From: Hyaloraphidium curvatum SAG 235-1
Taxonomy: Eukaryota; Fungi; Monoblepharomycota
Reading direction: 5' to 3'
DNA: 64,000 nucleotides
Assembly (NCBI GenBank): GCA_025558095.1
Contig: JAIVFI010000018.1
Location: forward strand, 496,001-560,000
Shown here piece after piece: positions 46,311-57,304 of this stretch. How positions within the stretch are numbered: the stretch's first letter is position 1; each line of letters starts with the position of its first letter. Both the position numbers and the translations under genes were made by a program. The notes below the pieces were generated by a model. That model was not told where the DNA came from, searched no databases, and saw nothing but the letters and a program-made list of their open reading frames with translations.

Positions 46311-47540
46311 ATGAGGGCCCGCAGCGTCCGCCCCACGCGGCTTGCGCTTGCCGGCGCGGCGCTGATCTTCGTGTACGCGCTGTACTCGGGCGCGGCGTCG
46401 GGCGGGCCGGGCGGGCCGCCTTCCCCCGCGCCCCCCGCGGCGCCCGCGCCCCCGCCGCCGCCCCCGCCAGCACGCCCGCGCGCGCCGCCGCCCGCGCACT
46501 GCCCGCCGCCGCGCGCGCCGCTGCCGTACCCCGCGGGCGTGCTGGCGCGCCTCGCCGCCGCAGACGCCGCGCGCGGTGACCCGCCCCTGCTCCCGCTCGC
46601 CATCGCCTCGTTCCCGCACTCGGGCGCAACCTGGGCGCGCGACGTGCTGCGCGCCGCCACGGGCTGGGACTTCGGCGCCGCGGACGCCGGCTCGCCCCTC
46701 GGCCTGGCGGACCCGTTCGCAGTCAAGACATACTTCCCCGCGGTGCCCGCCGCGTGGGAGGCCGCCGCGGACAAGGACGCGCGCGGGTGGGGCATGTTCG
46801 CGCGCGCGATACACCTCGTGCGCAACCCCTTCGACGCGATCGCCGCCGCCATCGCGTTCGAGGACGCGTGGAACGCCAACGCGTCGCTGTCCGCGGACGG
46901 GGCAACGTCGCGCGGCGAACCGCGCGCGGTGGGGGGCAGCGCGCAGTTCAGGGCGCACATGTCGGTGTACGAGCGGCACCACCGCTACTGGGCCCGCCCG
47001 CCGCCGCTGCCCTCGGGGGTGGAGAGGCGGCTGGTGGTCCGCTACGAGGACATGCTCTCGGACCCCGCGGGCACCTTTGCCAGGATCGCCGAGTTCGTCT
47101 TCGATCCCCGTTTGCGCGAGGCCGCGAAATCTTTCCTGGAGGAGGACATGCCCAAAAACGCCTCGGAGTGGGCTTCCCCCTTGGACCACCCGTTCCTCGC
47201 CGCCGCGGGCATCGACGCCCGCGGCATGCTCGCGCGGCACCACGCCGCGCGCTCCCACTCCCTCTCCACCTCCCCGCACTCCGCGCAGGCGCTCCTCGCC
47301 TCGCACCCCGGCGCCCTGGCGCCGTCCCCCCCGGAACTCGCGAAGCTCGCCGCGTGCGGCGCCGCCGCGCACCCGGACCCCTACCCGACCCACGCACCCG
47401 CGGGCGACGCCGTCAAACTGTTCAACCCAGACGCGGTGCGGGTCGTCGTGAGGATGCTGGGGGAGCCGTTCTTCTGCGAGCTCGGGTACGCGGGGCTGCT
47501 CGGGGCCGCGGGGCACGGGGGGCTGGTCAGCTGTCCGTGA
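46311..47540 (+). CDS. Sulfotransferase-like protein (WSCD-type), type II membrane
   Basis: TM and Pro stem; 5'-PSB-like ASFPHSGATWAR, AVKTY, 3'-PB LVRNPFD and VRYEDM motifs; intronless. Confidence 0.82.
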   Translation: MRARSVRPTRLALAGAALIFVYALYSGAASGGPGGPPSPAPPAAPAPPPPPPPARPRAPPPAHCPPPRAPLPYPAGVLARLAAADAARGDPPLLPLAIASFPHSGATWARDVLRAATGWDFGAADAGSPLGLADPFAVKTYFPAVPAAWEAAADKDARGWGMFARAIHLVRNPFDAIAAAIAFEDAWNANASLSADGATSRGEPRAVGGSAQFRAHMSVYERHHRYWARPPPLPSGVERRLVVRYEDMLSDPAGTFARIAEFVFDPRLREAAKSFLEEDMPKNASEWASPLDHPFLAAAGIDARGMLARHHAARSHSLSTSPHSAQALLASHPGALAPSPPELAKLAACGAAAHPDPYPTHAPAGDAVKLFNPDAVRVVVRMLGEPFFCELGYAGLLGAAGHGGLVSCP

Positions 47541-49094
47541 TTTCCGGGCGGGTGGGATATGTTGGCCGGGATATGTTGGCCGGTGGACGGGAGGGGGGGG
47601 CGGATGTGGGGCGTTGCGGTGGGCCGGAGGGTATGTATTGCACGGTGCGGGAAGCAAGGCGCGGGAGCACCTCGCGGGCCCGTCGTCCGCGCACGATCGT
47701 CGGTCCCGGAACCCGTTCGTGGGCGCGGTGCGCCTCGATCTGCGAGCCCGTTGAGAACAAAAAGACGCCTCTCTCCCCTCCGCAGCAGCACGAAAACCTC
47801 CCCGCGCCCTCGGAGACCGCGACGGACGGGTTGGGAAACTTCCACGGCCCGCAGCCCGCCGGCGCAGCCCGCCGGCGCCTTCGCGGTATGCCAAGAGACC
47901 TGATGGCCCTTGAGCTCGCGGAAGCCGGCGGCGTGGTAGGTAGCGGCCGGGGAGCGAGGCTTGGTTCGCTCGATGGACCGGAGCTCCGCTATACCCCCGT
48001 CCGCCTCGCCGCCTGGGACGACGTCCCACCGGCGGTGGCTCGTCGGCCGTTGGCTGACCCGGGTGCGGGCCGCCGGTCGCGACCCTTCCGATTCCTCGGC
48101 CGGAGGTTGCCACCGGGATCCCCGACCCGACCGGGGCCCGCCTCCGCCCTCGGTGCCCGTTCCCCGCGGCCCCGGGGTCATCATCGAATGGTGCCCGGCG
48201 GCGGTTTGCTGCCGCGGTCCGGCCGGAGTCTCGGCCGATGGTTAGGCTCGGAGATCGGGTCCTCGGACCCGGCCGCGCGGAAAATCGGCGGATCCCCTCC
48301 CCGCCCGCGCCCGCCCGCCCCCGCATCGCCCGTGCGCCGCGCAACGGGGACGGTGGGCATCCGGTTGTTTCGTGCGCAGCGGGCCCGGGATGTGCGGCGC
48401 CGCGGCGCGGGGAGCCGTCGGAGGGTGCCGTGCCGGGCGGCTAACGACCGCCTTGCCGCGCCCCGCAAAAGACGGCCGCGGGGACACGGCCCGCGGGCGA
48501 GCGCCGGCGAACAATCGACGGGGGGGGGTCGGACGGGGGGGATGTGCCGGTGGGGATGCCGGGCGGAGGCGGCATGGGGATCGCGGGGTTGCCGCCGCGT
48601 CGGAGGCGGATTGAGTCATCGCCACCCCCAACCCGCCCGCAGGACACGGCCACGCGGCGCGGGCGCTCGGCGCGCGGCGGCCACCGCCCGCCGTGGTCGT
48701 CGGCGGTGGATGGCGGGTTTGCGAGGCGGGGAAGGTCGCGGGCGGCGGGGACGGGGTGGGATCCTGGTGGGTGGGTCGCGGGTGGCTGGAGACGTCCGAG
48801 GCGGATACCCTGGATTTTCGGTTGGGGGCAAGTGCGTCACCTCTCTTCGGGGAGGGCGCTCGCGCGGTGCTCGGGGGCGGGCGGGGGGGAAGGGGGACGG
48901 TGAATGTCCCGGGAGTGGCGGGGCGGGGATCGGGAGGTGGATCGAGGGATCGAGTGGGGGGGAAAAGGGTGGGGAGGGAAGGGTCCGGACCCTTTTCGGT
49001 GGTGGACCGCACCAATTGAAACGAGGACCTTGGCACACACCACAGCACCCCGCGAGCGCAGCCCGCACCCGAGAGCTCGCCCCGCACGCCACAC

Positions 49095-49943
49095 ATGGAG
49101 ATTGGCCGCCTCGTCGAAGGGCCTTTGCCGCCGGCGCCGGCGCCCGCCGCGTGGGCGCTCCCCCCGCGGCCGCAGCCCGAACAGTCGCGCGCGCCGTGGC
49201 CGCCGTACCCGTCGCCGCCGCAGCAGCCGGGCTGGGCGCCGCGCGCCGCCCCGCCCCTCGCCATGCCCGCGGCGCACTCCCCGGGCCCCCACGGCCCGCC
49301 CGCGCACGCCCCCCCGGCACCGCCCGCGCACGGCCACCCGCACCACCCGCCCCCCCCGCACGCCTACGCCCCGTACCCGCTCCCGTACGGCTACCCGGTG
49401 CCGCCGCACGCCGCCTACCCCGGCTACCCGCCGCCGCCGGGCTGGCTGCCGCCCACGCCGCCGCTGGACCCGCTCTGGCCGGCGCCCCCGCACCCCCCGC
49501 CGATCGCGGTCCCCCCGCCGCGCTCGCTGCCCGACACCGCGTCCAGCGCCTCCTCCCCCGCCTCCCCCGGCGGCAACGCGCCGGCCGCCGCCCTCGAGAT
49601 GCTCGCCGAGTCGGCTCGCCTCGTCGGCAGGGACCGCCCCCGCCCCCCCGCCGCCGTCCCCGCGCTCCCCTCGCCCTCGGGCCCGGCCCCCGTCCCGGCC
49701 ATGGCCGCCAAGTACCCCCCACCCCCGCCGCACGGCTCCATCCCCGGCGCCAGCAGGTACACCTGCCACATCTGCATGCGCCCCTTCGGCTCCTCGTCGC
49801 ACCTCTCGCGCCACCGCAAGAGCGTGCACTCCGAGAGCCGCGACTTTCCCTGCAGGCTGGGCTGCGGGAGCAGGTTCAACAGGGGGGACAACCGCAAGAT
49901 GCACGAGCGCAAGTGCGCCCTCGGGGCAGGGAGGGAGGTGTGA
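49095..49943 (+). CDS. C2H2 zinc-finger protein with Pro-rich activation region
   Basis: YTCHIC..HLSRHRKSVH and FPCRLGC..RKMHERKC. Confidence 0.85.
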   Translation: MEIGRLVEGPLPPAPAPAAWALPPRPQPEQSRAPWPPYPSPPQQPGWAPRAAPPLAMPAAHSPGPHGPPAHAPPAPPAHGHPHHPPPPHAYAPYPLPYGYPVPPHAAYPGYPPPPGWLPPTPPLDPLWPAPPHPPPIAVPPPRSLPDTASSASSPASPGGNAPAAALEMLAESARLVGRDRPRPPAAVPALPSPSGPAPVPAMAAKYPPPPPHGSIPGASRYTCHICMRPFGSSSHLSRHRKSVHSESRDFPCRLGCGSRFNRGDNRKMHERKCALGAGREV

Positions 49944-51428
49944 CGGCTCCCCGGGGCCACGGGATGCGTCCGATCGGGGATCGGATGCGTCGGGCGGGCG
50001 GATGGGTGGACGGTGGACGTATGGGAGGCCCGCGATGCGCGCCGGACGCCGCGATCGGTCCCGCATTGCACGTCCCACCCCGGACCCCACAACGGACACG
50101 GGCAGACAGAAGGCAGGCCCCTGCAGACTGCAGACCCCACGATGTAGACCTTCTCTTTCCTCTGTGCGCATAGATGAGGACCATGGCGACCCCGCGCACC
50201 GGCGATCCGTCCGATCCGTTTCCTCGTTCCCGGTCCCTGGGGGGGACCCTTGGGACAGAGGGCCCCTCCCGGTCGCCTTTGCCACCGGGCCCACCGCTCG
50301 ACGATGCTGCACGCCGACTCCGGGCGGCTCGGGCCGGGACGGGAGCGGCGCGGCGGTGGATCGGGGCTCGCGGCCTGCGGCAGGCGTGAGGTCATCCGCT
50401 GCTGCTGCGGCCGGGGAAGGGTCCTGGCTGTGTCCGATGCCCGACGGTCGTTCCAACCCGGGGCGGTGTCGACGCCGAACTTGGTCCGAAACAGGGGGCG
50501 GGGCGGATGGAGTGTCGGTGGGGCGGATCGAGTGGGGGAGGGGAGCGGGAGGCGGAGGGGCATGCTGCCTGTCTGGCCAGTCAGGGCCGGGTGCTGACGG
50601 GCTCCGCGCGTCCCGTCGGCCACCCGACGGAGACGGGCGGATCCGCACGACCGGCCATCCATCCGGCCGTCCCCTGCTTCCTTGCCTCGTCCGCATGCAG
50701 GTCCCTTCGTGGCCGGGCGTCCCTCCCTTGCCGGGCCGCCGGCGCCTCCGGTCCCCCCGCGCCCGGGGGCCGAGACCGCAGGGAGGGCTCCCGACAGGCC
50801 GCTACAGGGTCACCGTCGGAAGGCGGAGGGACCGATGTCGTGCGCGCGGCGGCACCCACTGGCAAGGCCACCGGAAGCTAGGAGGAAGAACGATGGAGAA
50901 GCGGCATCGCCGAGGAGTTCACGGACGCCCGCTGTGCGGGAGAGGTCCCGAGTGAGCTATGTATGTGGTTGCGGACGGCGACGCCGGCTGCATCGATCGG
51001 ATGGCTGGGTGTGTGGGCGGGCGGGAGCGGGTGAGGAGCGCGGAAGGCAGGGCACATTCTCGGTGGATCGACCAAGAAACTCTTGGAAAGGTGCCAAGGG
51101 GAGAGTTCGTTCTGACGGAACCAGTAGTAGAGTAGCACTTTTGCAACGGATCATCTCGCCGCCTTCCGTGGCCTCCGTCCGTGGCCGAGCGCCGTCGAGG
51201 CGGCAGACGAGCCGGGCCCCGGGAATCGCGCTTCACGCGGCCTGCTTCCCCGTGGCCGAATTGCTCCGCGCCCATCAAAGCCCAACAGCATTCCACAAGG
51301 GCAGGAGCGTCCCGGAGTTGGGTGCGCTCGAGTGCTCGGCCAGGCGCGCTTCACTCGGCGTGGCGCAAACCGTCCCCCACCCCTTTCTAAGCACTCCGCC
51401 GCGGGCATCGCCGAGCGCTACCGACGAA

Positions 51429-52301
51429 ATGGCGCCCTCGGCCGTCTCGACGAACCCGGACGTCGTCCGCCCCGTCTGTGGGTCCCTCCTCTCGCGGCCG
51501 CGGATCCGGGCCAATGACCACCTCCCCCGGAGCCTTCGTCCACGCCGTCTTCGTGACCGGAAAGTACGACGAAATGCGGCAGTGGTACATCAACTTTTTG
51601 GGAGGTGCGTCGCGGCCGCGTCCAATCGCTGCTCGCGGCTCATTCCTCCGCCGTCCTCCTCGCGACTCAACCTTCCCGCTCCCCGCCCTCCTCCTCCCGG
51701 CCTCCAGCCAAACCGTCCCACGAGGACGGAAACCTCTGCTTCCTCTCCTACGACTCGGAGCACCACCGGATCGCCATCGCGCGCGGCCCGCCCGGGATGA
51801 AGCCCCGCGGGCCGGGCACCGCCGGGCTGGCGCACATCGCGTATTCCCACACCTCGCTGCGGCAGCTGGCCGACGCGTACGAGGAGAGGAAGAGGGTGGG
51901 GATCAGGCCGTTTTGGTGCGTGAACCACGGGGTGACGACGTCGATGGTGGGTTGCCGGTCCTGGCGTCGCGCGCGGGAGGGGAACGATCTGACGGGATCC
52001 GGAAGTACTACGCGGACCCGGATGGGAACCAGGTGGAGGTGCAGGTCGACCACTTTCCTTCGGCAGCCGACGCCAACGCCTACATGGTGAGTAGTCCACC
52101 GCGGTCGCGCGGTCGAGGCTCACGGCACCGCGGCAGATGAGCAAGGCCTTCTCGGTGAACCCCATCGGGGCCGACTACGACCCCGAGGAGTTCGTGCGCA
52201 AGGTCCGGGCGGGGGTCCCGGACGCCGAGATCATGAGGAGGCCGGACGTCGGGCCGAGGGACGCGAGATCGGTGCCCAGTCCGCAGGCGGCGAGGCTTTG
52301 A
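51429..52301 (+). CDS. VOC/glyoxalase-family protein (extradiol dioxygenase-related)
   Basis: HAVF, SEHHRIA, GLAHIAY, VNHGVTTSMYYADPDGNQVE and NPIG motifs; 4 introns. Confidence 0.88.
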
Positions 52302-52563
52302 GTCGAGATGGAGTCCAGTGTTATGTTGCTCGCTGGAGTCGTATGTGAACTGTTCTATCTAACTCTCTAGCTTCGCCCTTGACGCCTCCGGCATCCCATA
52401 CTCCGCTCCGTCCCGAACAGCGACACATCCGCCAATCCGCCATCAGCATGGCCCATCCGACTCAGCCTGTCTCACTCCGGCCAACGGGTCTGTCCACCTC
52501 AACCGCTTCGCCCCGGCCCCGATCGCGGTTCCGTTCTGCTTCGCACCCGGCCCGGCCCCGTGC

Positions 52564-53230
52564 TCACTCTCCGCGCTCCGACCCGGCGTGCCTGGGCCCA
52601 GATCCGCCGGGGAGGTGGCGCCGCGCTGCCTGCTCGGGGATCGACGGAAGCGGAGCCAGGGGTAGGGGAGGCCTGAGGCCTGCGAAGAGGTTGATTGTCG
52701 CGCGGTCGAAGCGGGGTGCCGTGTCGGCGGCCTCGGGCGCCGCTGGCACCTAAGATTGGTCGCGATGAGATTGGCTGCGCGGGTGGCATGAATAGAGGGT
52801 ACCTTGGCTTTGCCCGGGGACCGGGGCACGGCAGGGTTGCCCGAGTTGGCCCCCGCGGAACGCAAGAGATCGGTCCCGGCGATCGTCGGCGCGAGCTCCA
52901 CGTGGGGACATTGGGAAGGAAGAGCGTTCTGATGTTTGGATGCGGGGCCCGAAGCGGCGGCGTCGACCTCCTGCGGCTGGCGGCCGGCACGTCAGCGTTG
53001 GCCTCTGACTGGGGTGTTCCCTGGCCCGGCCCGGCGCGCACCTCGTCCGCCCCTCCTCCCGCCCTCCACCGCTCGGACACCATCTCCTCTTCCGCGCGGA
53101 ACCCCAGCGCCTCCAGCCGCGCGCGGATCTCGCGCATGCGCGCCGCGTGGTGCTCTTGCGCGAGCGCGTGGTGGCCGTACGCGAGGAGGAGCTCCCGCAC
53201 GCGCGCGTCGTCGAGGGGCGCGCCGGACAT
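52564..53230 (-). CDS. Hypothetical protein with N-terminal coiled coil; 3' end uncertain
   Basis: MSGAPLDDARVRELL..RMREIRARLEALG; plausible introns near 53041 and 52802. Confidence 0.4.
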
Positions 53231-53800
53231 GGCGGTCGTGCGGCGTCGGCGGAGGCACGCGCGGGAAGGGGACGGAGGGGCTTGACAGGTTGACGGGACC
53301 GAGGTCGCAGCTCCCATTTGCAGAGGCGTTGGTTAAAAGACTCCAATCCATTCCAGCTCCATATCGCTGTGCGCGACACGAACGACATCGTCACATCTCG
53401 GCGGCTAGCCGCGGCCATGGCCGGGTCATCGACGGAGACAAGGGGGAGCTCGAGTGCGCAGGAGTTGGAGGGAAGAGCAGGCCGCACGATCGCCTTCGTG
53501 CCCAAGCGGCACCGTTCACACGGAGTGACGTCCAGCATGCGCCCCATCGAACGGATTCTGGGCGCGGGAAATCGCGGGCCGCGGGCGGGGTCATGGATCC
53601 CGGGTCCAACTTTTGCCGCGCGCAAGGGCGCCACGGGCCATGTTTCCGGGTTCCGCCCGGTGCCTTGAAAAGGGTCTAGCCGGCAACGCGCATCAATGCG
53701 GCCTTCCACGTCTGATTTACCGCCCGGCTGCCAGCTGGTGCGTTTCCCGGCGCGGCGACGAGTGCGCGCGGGCTAACCGCAGCTCGCAGTGAAGCCAGCC

Positions 53801-54864
53801 ATGTCGCTCGCCGAGCCCTTCATCCAGCCCGAGTACCACCTCTCTTCCCTCGCCACCACCTCGTTCTACGACCCCTCCGTTACATACGTCTGGGGCCGGT
53901 ACTCGTGCGTCGCGGGCGTCTATCCCTTCCACGTTGCTTGCGCCTATGCCGCCATGGTAGCCGGCATCGGCTGCCTCCTCAGCCGGGCGGGGCCCCTTCT
54001 CAAGCCCGCGCACGCCTGGTTCGGCAAAGTTTACTTCGTTGCGATGCTGTGGGTCTGCGGGACCGGGATCGTGATGTGGGTGTCCCCCAGAGGCGTGGCT
54101 GCGTTCCGCCTCGGCCGCGCTGACCGCCAAATCCCCGGACATGCAGTCACAACACCGGCCTCCCTGGGCCCGTCATCTGGAGCTTCGTTTTTGTTCTCGG
54201 GGGCATGTGCCTCGGCTGGCCTTTTGCCATCGTGCACCGTGCGCTCCTCCGCTCGCGGGCCGCCGCCAACGTCGCCCGCCGCCTCGCGGAGCAGCCCGAC
54301 CCGTTCGCGGCCGGCGCGCCGGATCTCGACAGGCTGATCGCGGCCGAGATGGTCGCGATAGAGGGAGGCAAGTCCTGGGTGGCCAGGGTGTTTTCGCTCA
54401 AGTCGGCGCACGGCGCGCTCATGGTCGTCAGCTGGGGCAACATGATGGGCAGAATCGGGGTGACCAACGTCGCCGCGCCGTTCTCTTGGTGAGTACTGCT
54501 CCGCATCCGCATCCATCCGTACCAACTTTGTTCCTCCAGTTTCACCTACCCGTTCTACAAGCCCTTCGACGTGCAGTACTTCAATGGCACCACCCAGCCC
54601 CTCACACCCCTCCCGTACGAGTACCCGAACCCTGCCGTGCTCCCCTGGACCACGTTGGGTGTGGGAGGGTTCCTGGCGGCGCTCAGCGTCGGGTTCGTCC
54701 TCCTTTCGCTCCTGGTCGCCGCGGTCTGGGTGGCTGCGGACAAGGCGATCGCAAACAGGAGGGCAGCCAGGGCCAAAGCCGAGGCGATGGAGAGGAAGGC
54801 GACCGAAACTACCGCGGCGCAGGAGATGGGCGCGCGCCCGGCGGAGGAGGGCGCGAAGGAATGA
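53801..54864 (+). CDS. Multi-pass membrane protein with TM histidines (DUF2306-like)
   Basis: FHVACAY, AHAWFGKVY, HNTGLP and AHGALM motifs; 2 introns. Confidence 0.7.
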
Positions 54865-54951
54865 TCTGTGCAGTTAGCGGTTTCGATCCCGAGGAATATG
54901 CCATCCCAGTGTGATTTATTGGCCATGTCAGAATGCCATTCCGGTTGTCGG

Positions 54952-55884
54952 TCAGATCTTCGCGCCCTTCCGTCCCGCCCCGATCGCGCCGCCAAAGATC
55001 CCCCTCTCCCTTACCCGCCGCGCGAACGCTTTCCCCGACACCCCGTCCGGGTCCTCCCTCGCCATCCGATCCAGCTCCTCCGCGTCGTGGCCCACCAGGA
55101 TCCTGCTCTTGCCTGCCAACACCCCCTCCAGGATGATCCGCGCCGCCTCCTCGGCGCTCGTCGGAGCCGACTCGGCGAACCCGGCGCCGTCCGCGGTGCC
55201 CTTGCCCTGCAGCAGCGCGGTGTTTGCCGGGATCGAGGTCGCAACGTGGCCGGGGAGCACGACGGAGGTGCCGACGTGGGGCGCGTGCAGCCGGCAGTCG
55301 GCCGCCAGGGATTCGGCAAAGGACTTGACGGCGGCCTTGGCGGAGGTGTAGGCGGTGGTCGTGGGCCAGAAGACGGCGGAACTAAAGGCGGGAAGGTCAA
55401 CGGGGCGAACGACGGGCCGCGGACGCCGCGGTGCCGACCTCGACGTGCAGACCACGTGTGCCTCGGGCGCCGCGGCCAGCAGCTCCAGAAAGGTCCGCAC
55501 GCCGTAGTACGTCCCGAACCAGCTGATCCCGAAGCACCTTTCCCACTCCTCCCTCGGCGTCGAGAACATCGACGCGCCGCCGCCGATCCCGGCGTTGAGG
55601 AATAGCAAATGGACGCACTTTGCCCCGTGCTCCGCGAGCGCCTCGGCGCGGAACCGCAGCCAGTCCTCCTCCCTGGACACGTCGGCCGCGTGGCCCGTGA
55701 TTCTGGTGCCCGGGGCGGCGGCGGCCCGCGCGATGCGGAGGGTGTCGGCGAGCGAGTCGGCGCGGACGTCGCAGAAGGCCACGGAGCAACCCTTCGAGGC
55801 GAGCTGGGCGACGAGCTGCCGGCCCATGCCGGAGCCGCCGCCAGAGACGACGGCGAGCTTGTCGGAGAAGGATTTGACGGGCAT
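54952..55884 (-). CDS. Short-chain dehydrogenase/reductase
   Basis: SGGGSGMG, DVS, NAGI, YTSAK (YxxxK) and PGHVAT motifs; one intron. Confidence 0.92.
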   Translation of the reverse strand: MPVKSFSDKLAVVSGGGSGMGRQLVAQLASKGCSVAFCDVRADSLADTLRIARAAAAPGTRITGHAADVSREEDWLRFRAEALAEHGAKCVHLLFLNAGIGGGASMFSTPREEWERCFGISWFGTYYGVRTFLELLAAAPEAHVVCTSRSAPRRPRPVVRPVDLPAFSSAVFWPTTTAYTSAKAAVKSFAESLAADCRLHAPHVGTSVVLPGHVATSIPANTALLQGKGTADGAGFAESAPTSAEEAARIILEGVLAGKSRILVGHDAEELDRMAREDPDGVSGKAFARRVRERGIFGGAIGAGRKGAKI

Positions 55885-56079
55885 TTCCTCGGGAACGCGG
55901 TGTGGTGGGAGACAGTAGTGCGTCGCGCTTTTGACGCGCCCCTTGGAGTTGTCGGCCCGCTTCCGCCCGCCGTCGTGCGCTGCTTGGCGCCGCCAGTGTC
56001 CATAACATGCCGCTCCCGGCACTATTAGGGCGACATAGGACCTCCTTGCCATCGCATGGTGGATTCGGCCTGCGCCAGC

Positions 56080-57140
56080 CTGCACGGCCTCCGGTCGGAA
56101 CCCCAACCCCCCGCGCCCCAGCGCCCACGACGATGCCGCGGATGCAGGCGGGTACGCTTCGGCGCCCTGTTCGGCATTTGCGCCATTGTCCCGACGTTCG
56201 CGCAGCCGCAGGACCGGGATCCGGCGGTGCCTTCTTCCGCAACACCCACCTCCGGCCATGTACTTTCACATGGCGACGCCGCAGAGGTCGGCGGATGTAA
56301 CCCCGTGCTTTCCCCGGCATTTTGGTCCCTGTACCGACCCATTCGCAGCCGCAGGGCGATAGCGAACGACGCCGCTTTCCGAAACCGCCGCCTCCGGCCG
56401 CGCGCTTTCACATGGTGACGCTACGGAGGTCAGCGGGCATCATCCCGTACTCTTTGTGGCATCGTGATGCTTATGCAGACCCGCTCGCAGCCGCAGGGCG
56501 ATATCGAGCGACGCCGCTTTCCGAAACCCCCGTCTCCGGCCACGTGCTTTCACATGATGACGCTGCGGAGGTCAGCGGGCATCATCCCGTACTCTTTGTG
56601 GCATCGTGATGCTTATGCAGACCCGCTCGCAGCCGCAGGGCGATATCGAGCGACGCCGCTTTCCGAAACCGCCGCCTCCGGCCCCGGGCTTCCCCATGGC
56701 GACGCTGTGGAGGGCGGCGGGCATCATCCCGCGCCCTCCGTGGCATTTTGGAGCTTATGAAGACACGCTCGCAGTCGCAGGAGCGGATCCGGAGGTGCCC
56801 TCTTCGGCAACCCCCACCTTCGGCCACGTGCTTTCACATGGTGACGCTGCGGAGGTCGGCGGGTACCCTCCCGTGCTTTTCTCGGTATTTGTGCCCCTAA
56901 TCCGACCCGCTTGCAGTCGCAGGGCGATATCGAGCAACGCCGCTTTACGCAACCGCCTGCTCGGGCACTTTTTGCCCGATACTGACGCTGCAGAGGTCGG
57001 TGGGCATCATCTCGGGCTCTTCTTGGCATCTTTACCCTCGTGCCGACGCGCTTGTCATCGCAGGGTGAGGTGCAGCGGTGCCCGGCCACGAGACCCCCTC
57101 TTTCGGGCCCAGTGCTGATGCCCGATGCGGGCGCCGGGCT
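56080..57140. repeat. About 142-bp tandem repeat array, 7-8 diverged copies
   Basis: Anchor (C/T)GCAG(C/T)CGCAGG recurs at 56201, 56344, 56486, 56628, 56770, 56912 and, more degenerate, near 57053. Confidence 0.9.
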
Positions 57141-57304
57141 CGGGAATGAAGCAGATGTGCCGAGCCGACATGGGAACAGAAAACAGCCAAATGATCAATC
57201 GAATGAAGCATGGTGGATCGTGCGCGATGATGCAATTCACGGTTCGTACAGCATGCATCGATTCATCCCACTGTTTCCTCTCCTCGCCTTGCCCGCATCC
57301 ACCC

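Noticed and set aside
56080-57140. CRISPR array or spliced-leader RNA array
   Set aside because: Whole units are homologous with no unique spacers, there are no cas genes, and the context is eukaryotic; an Sm-like ATTTTGG occurs in only two units
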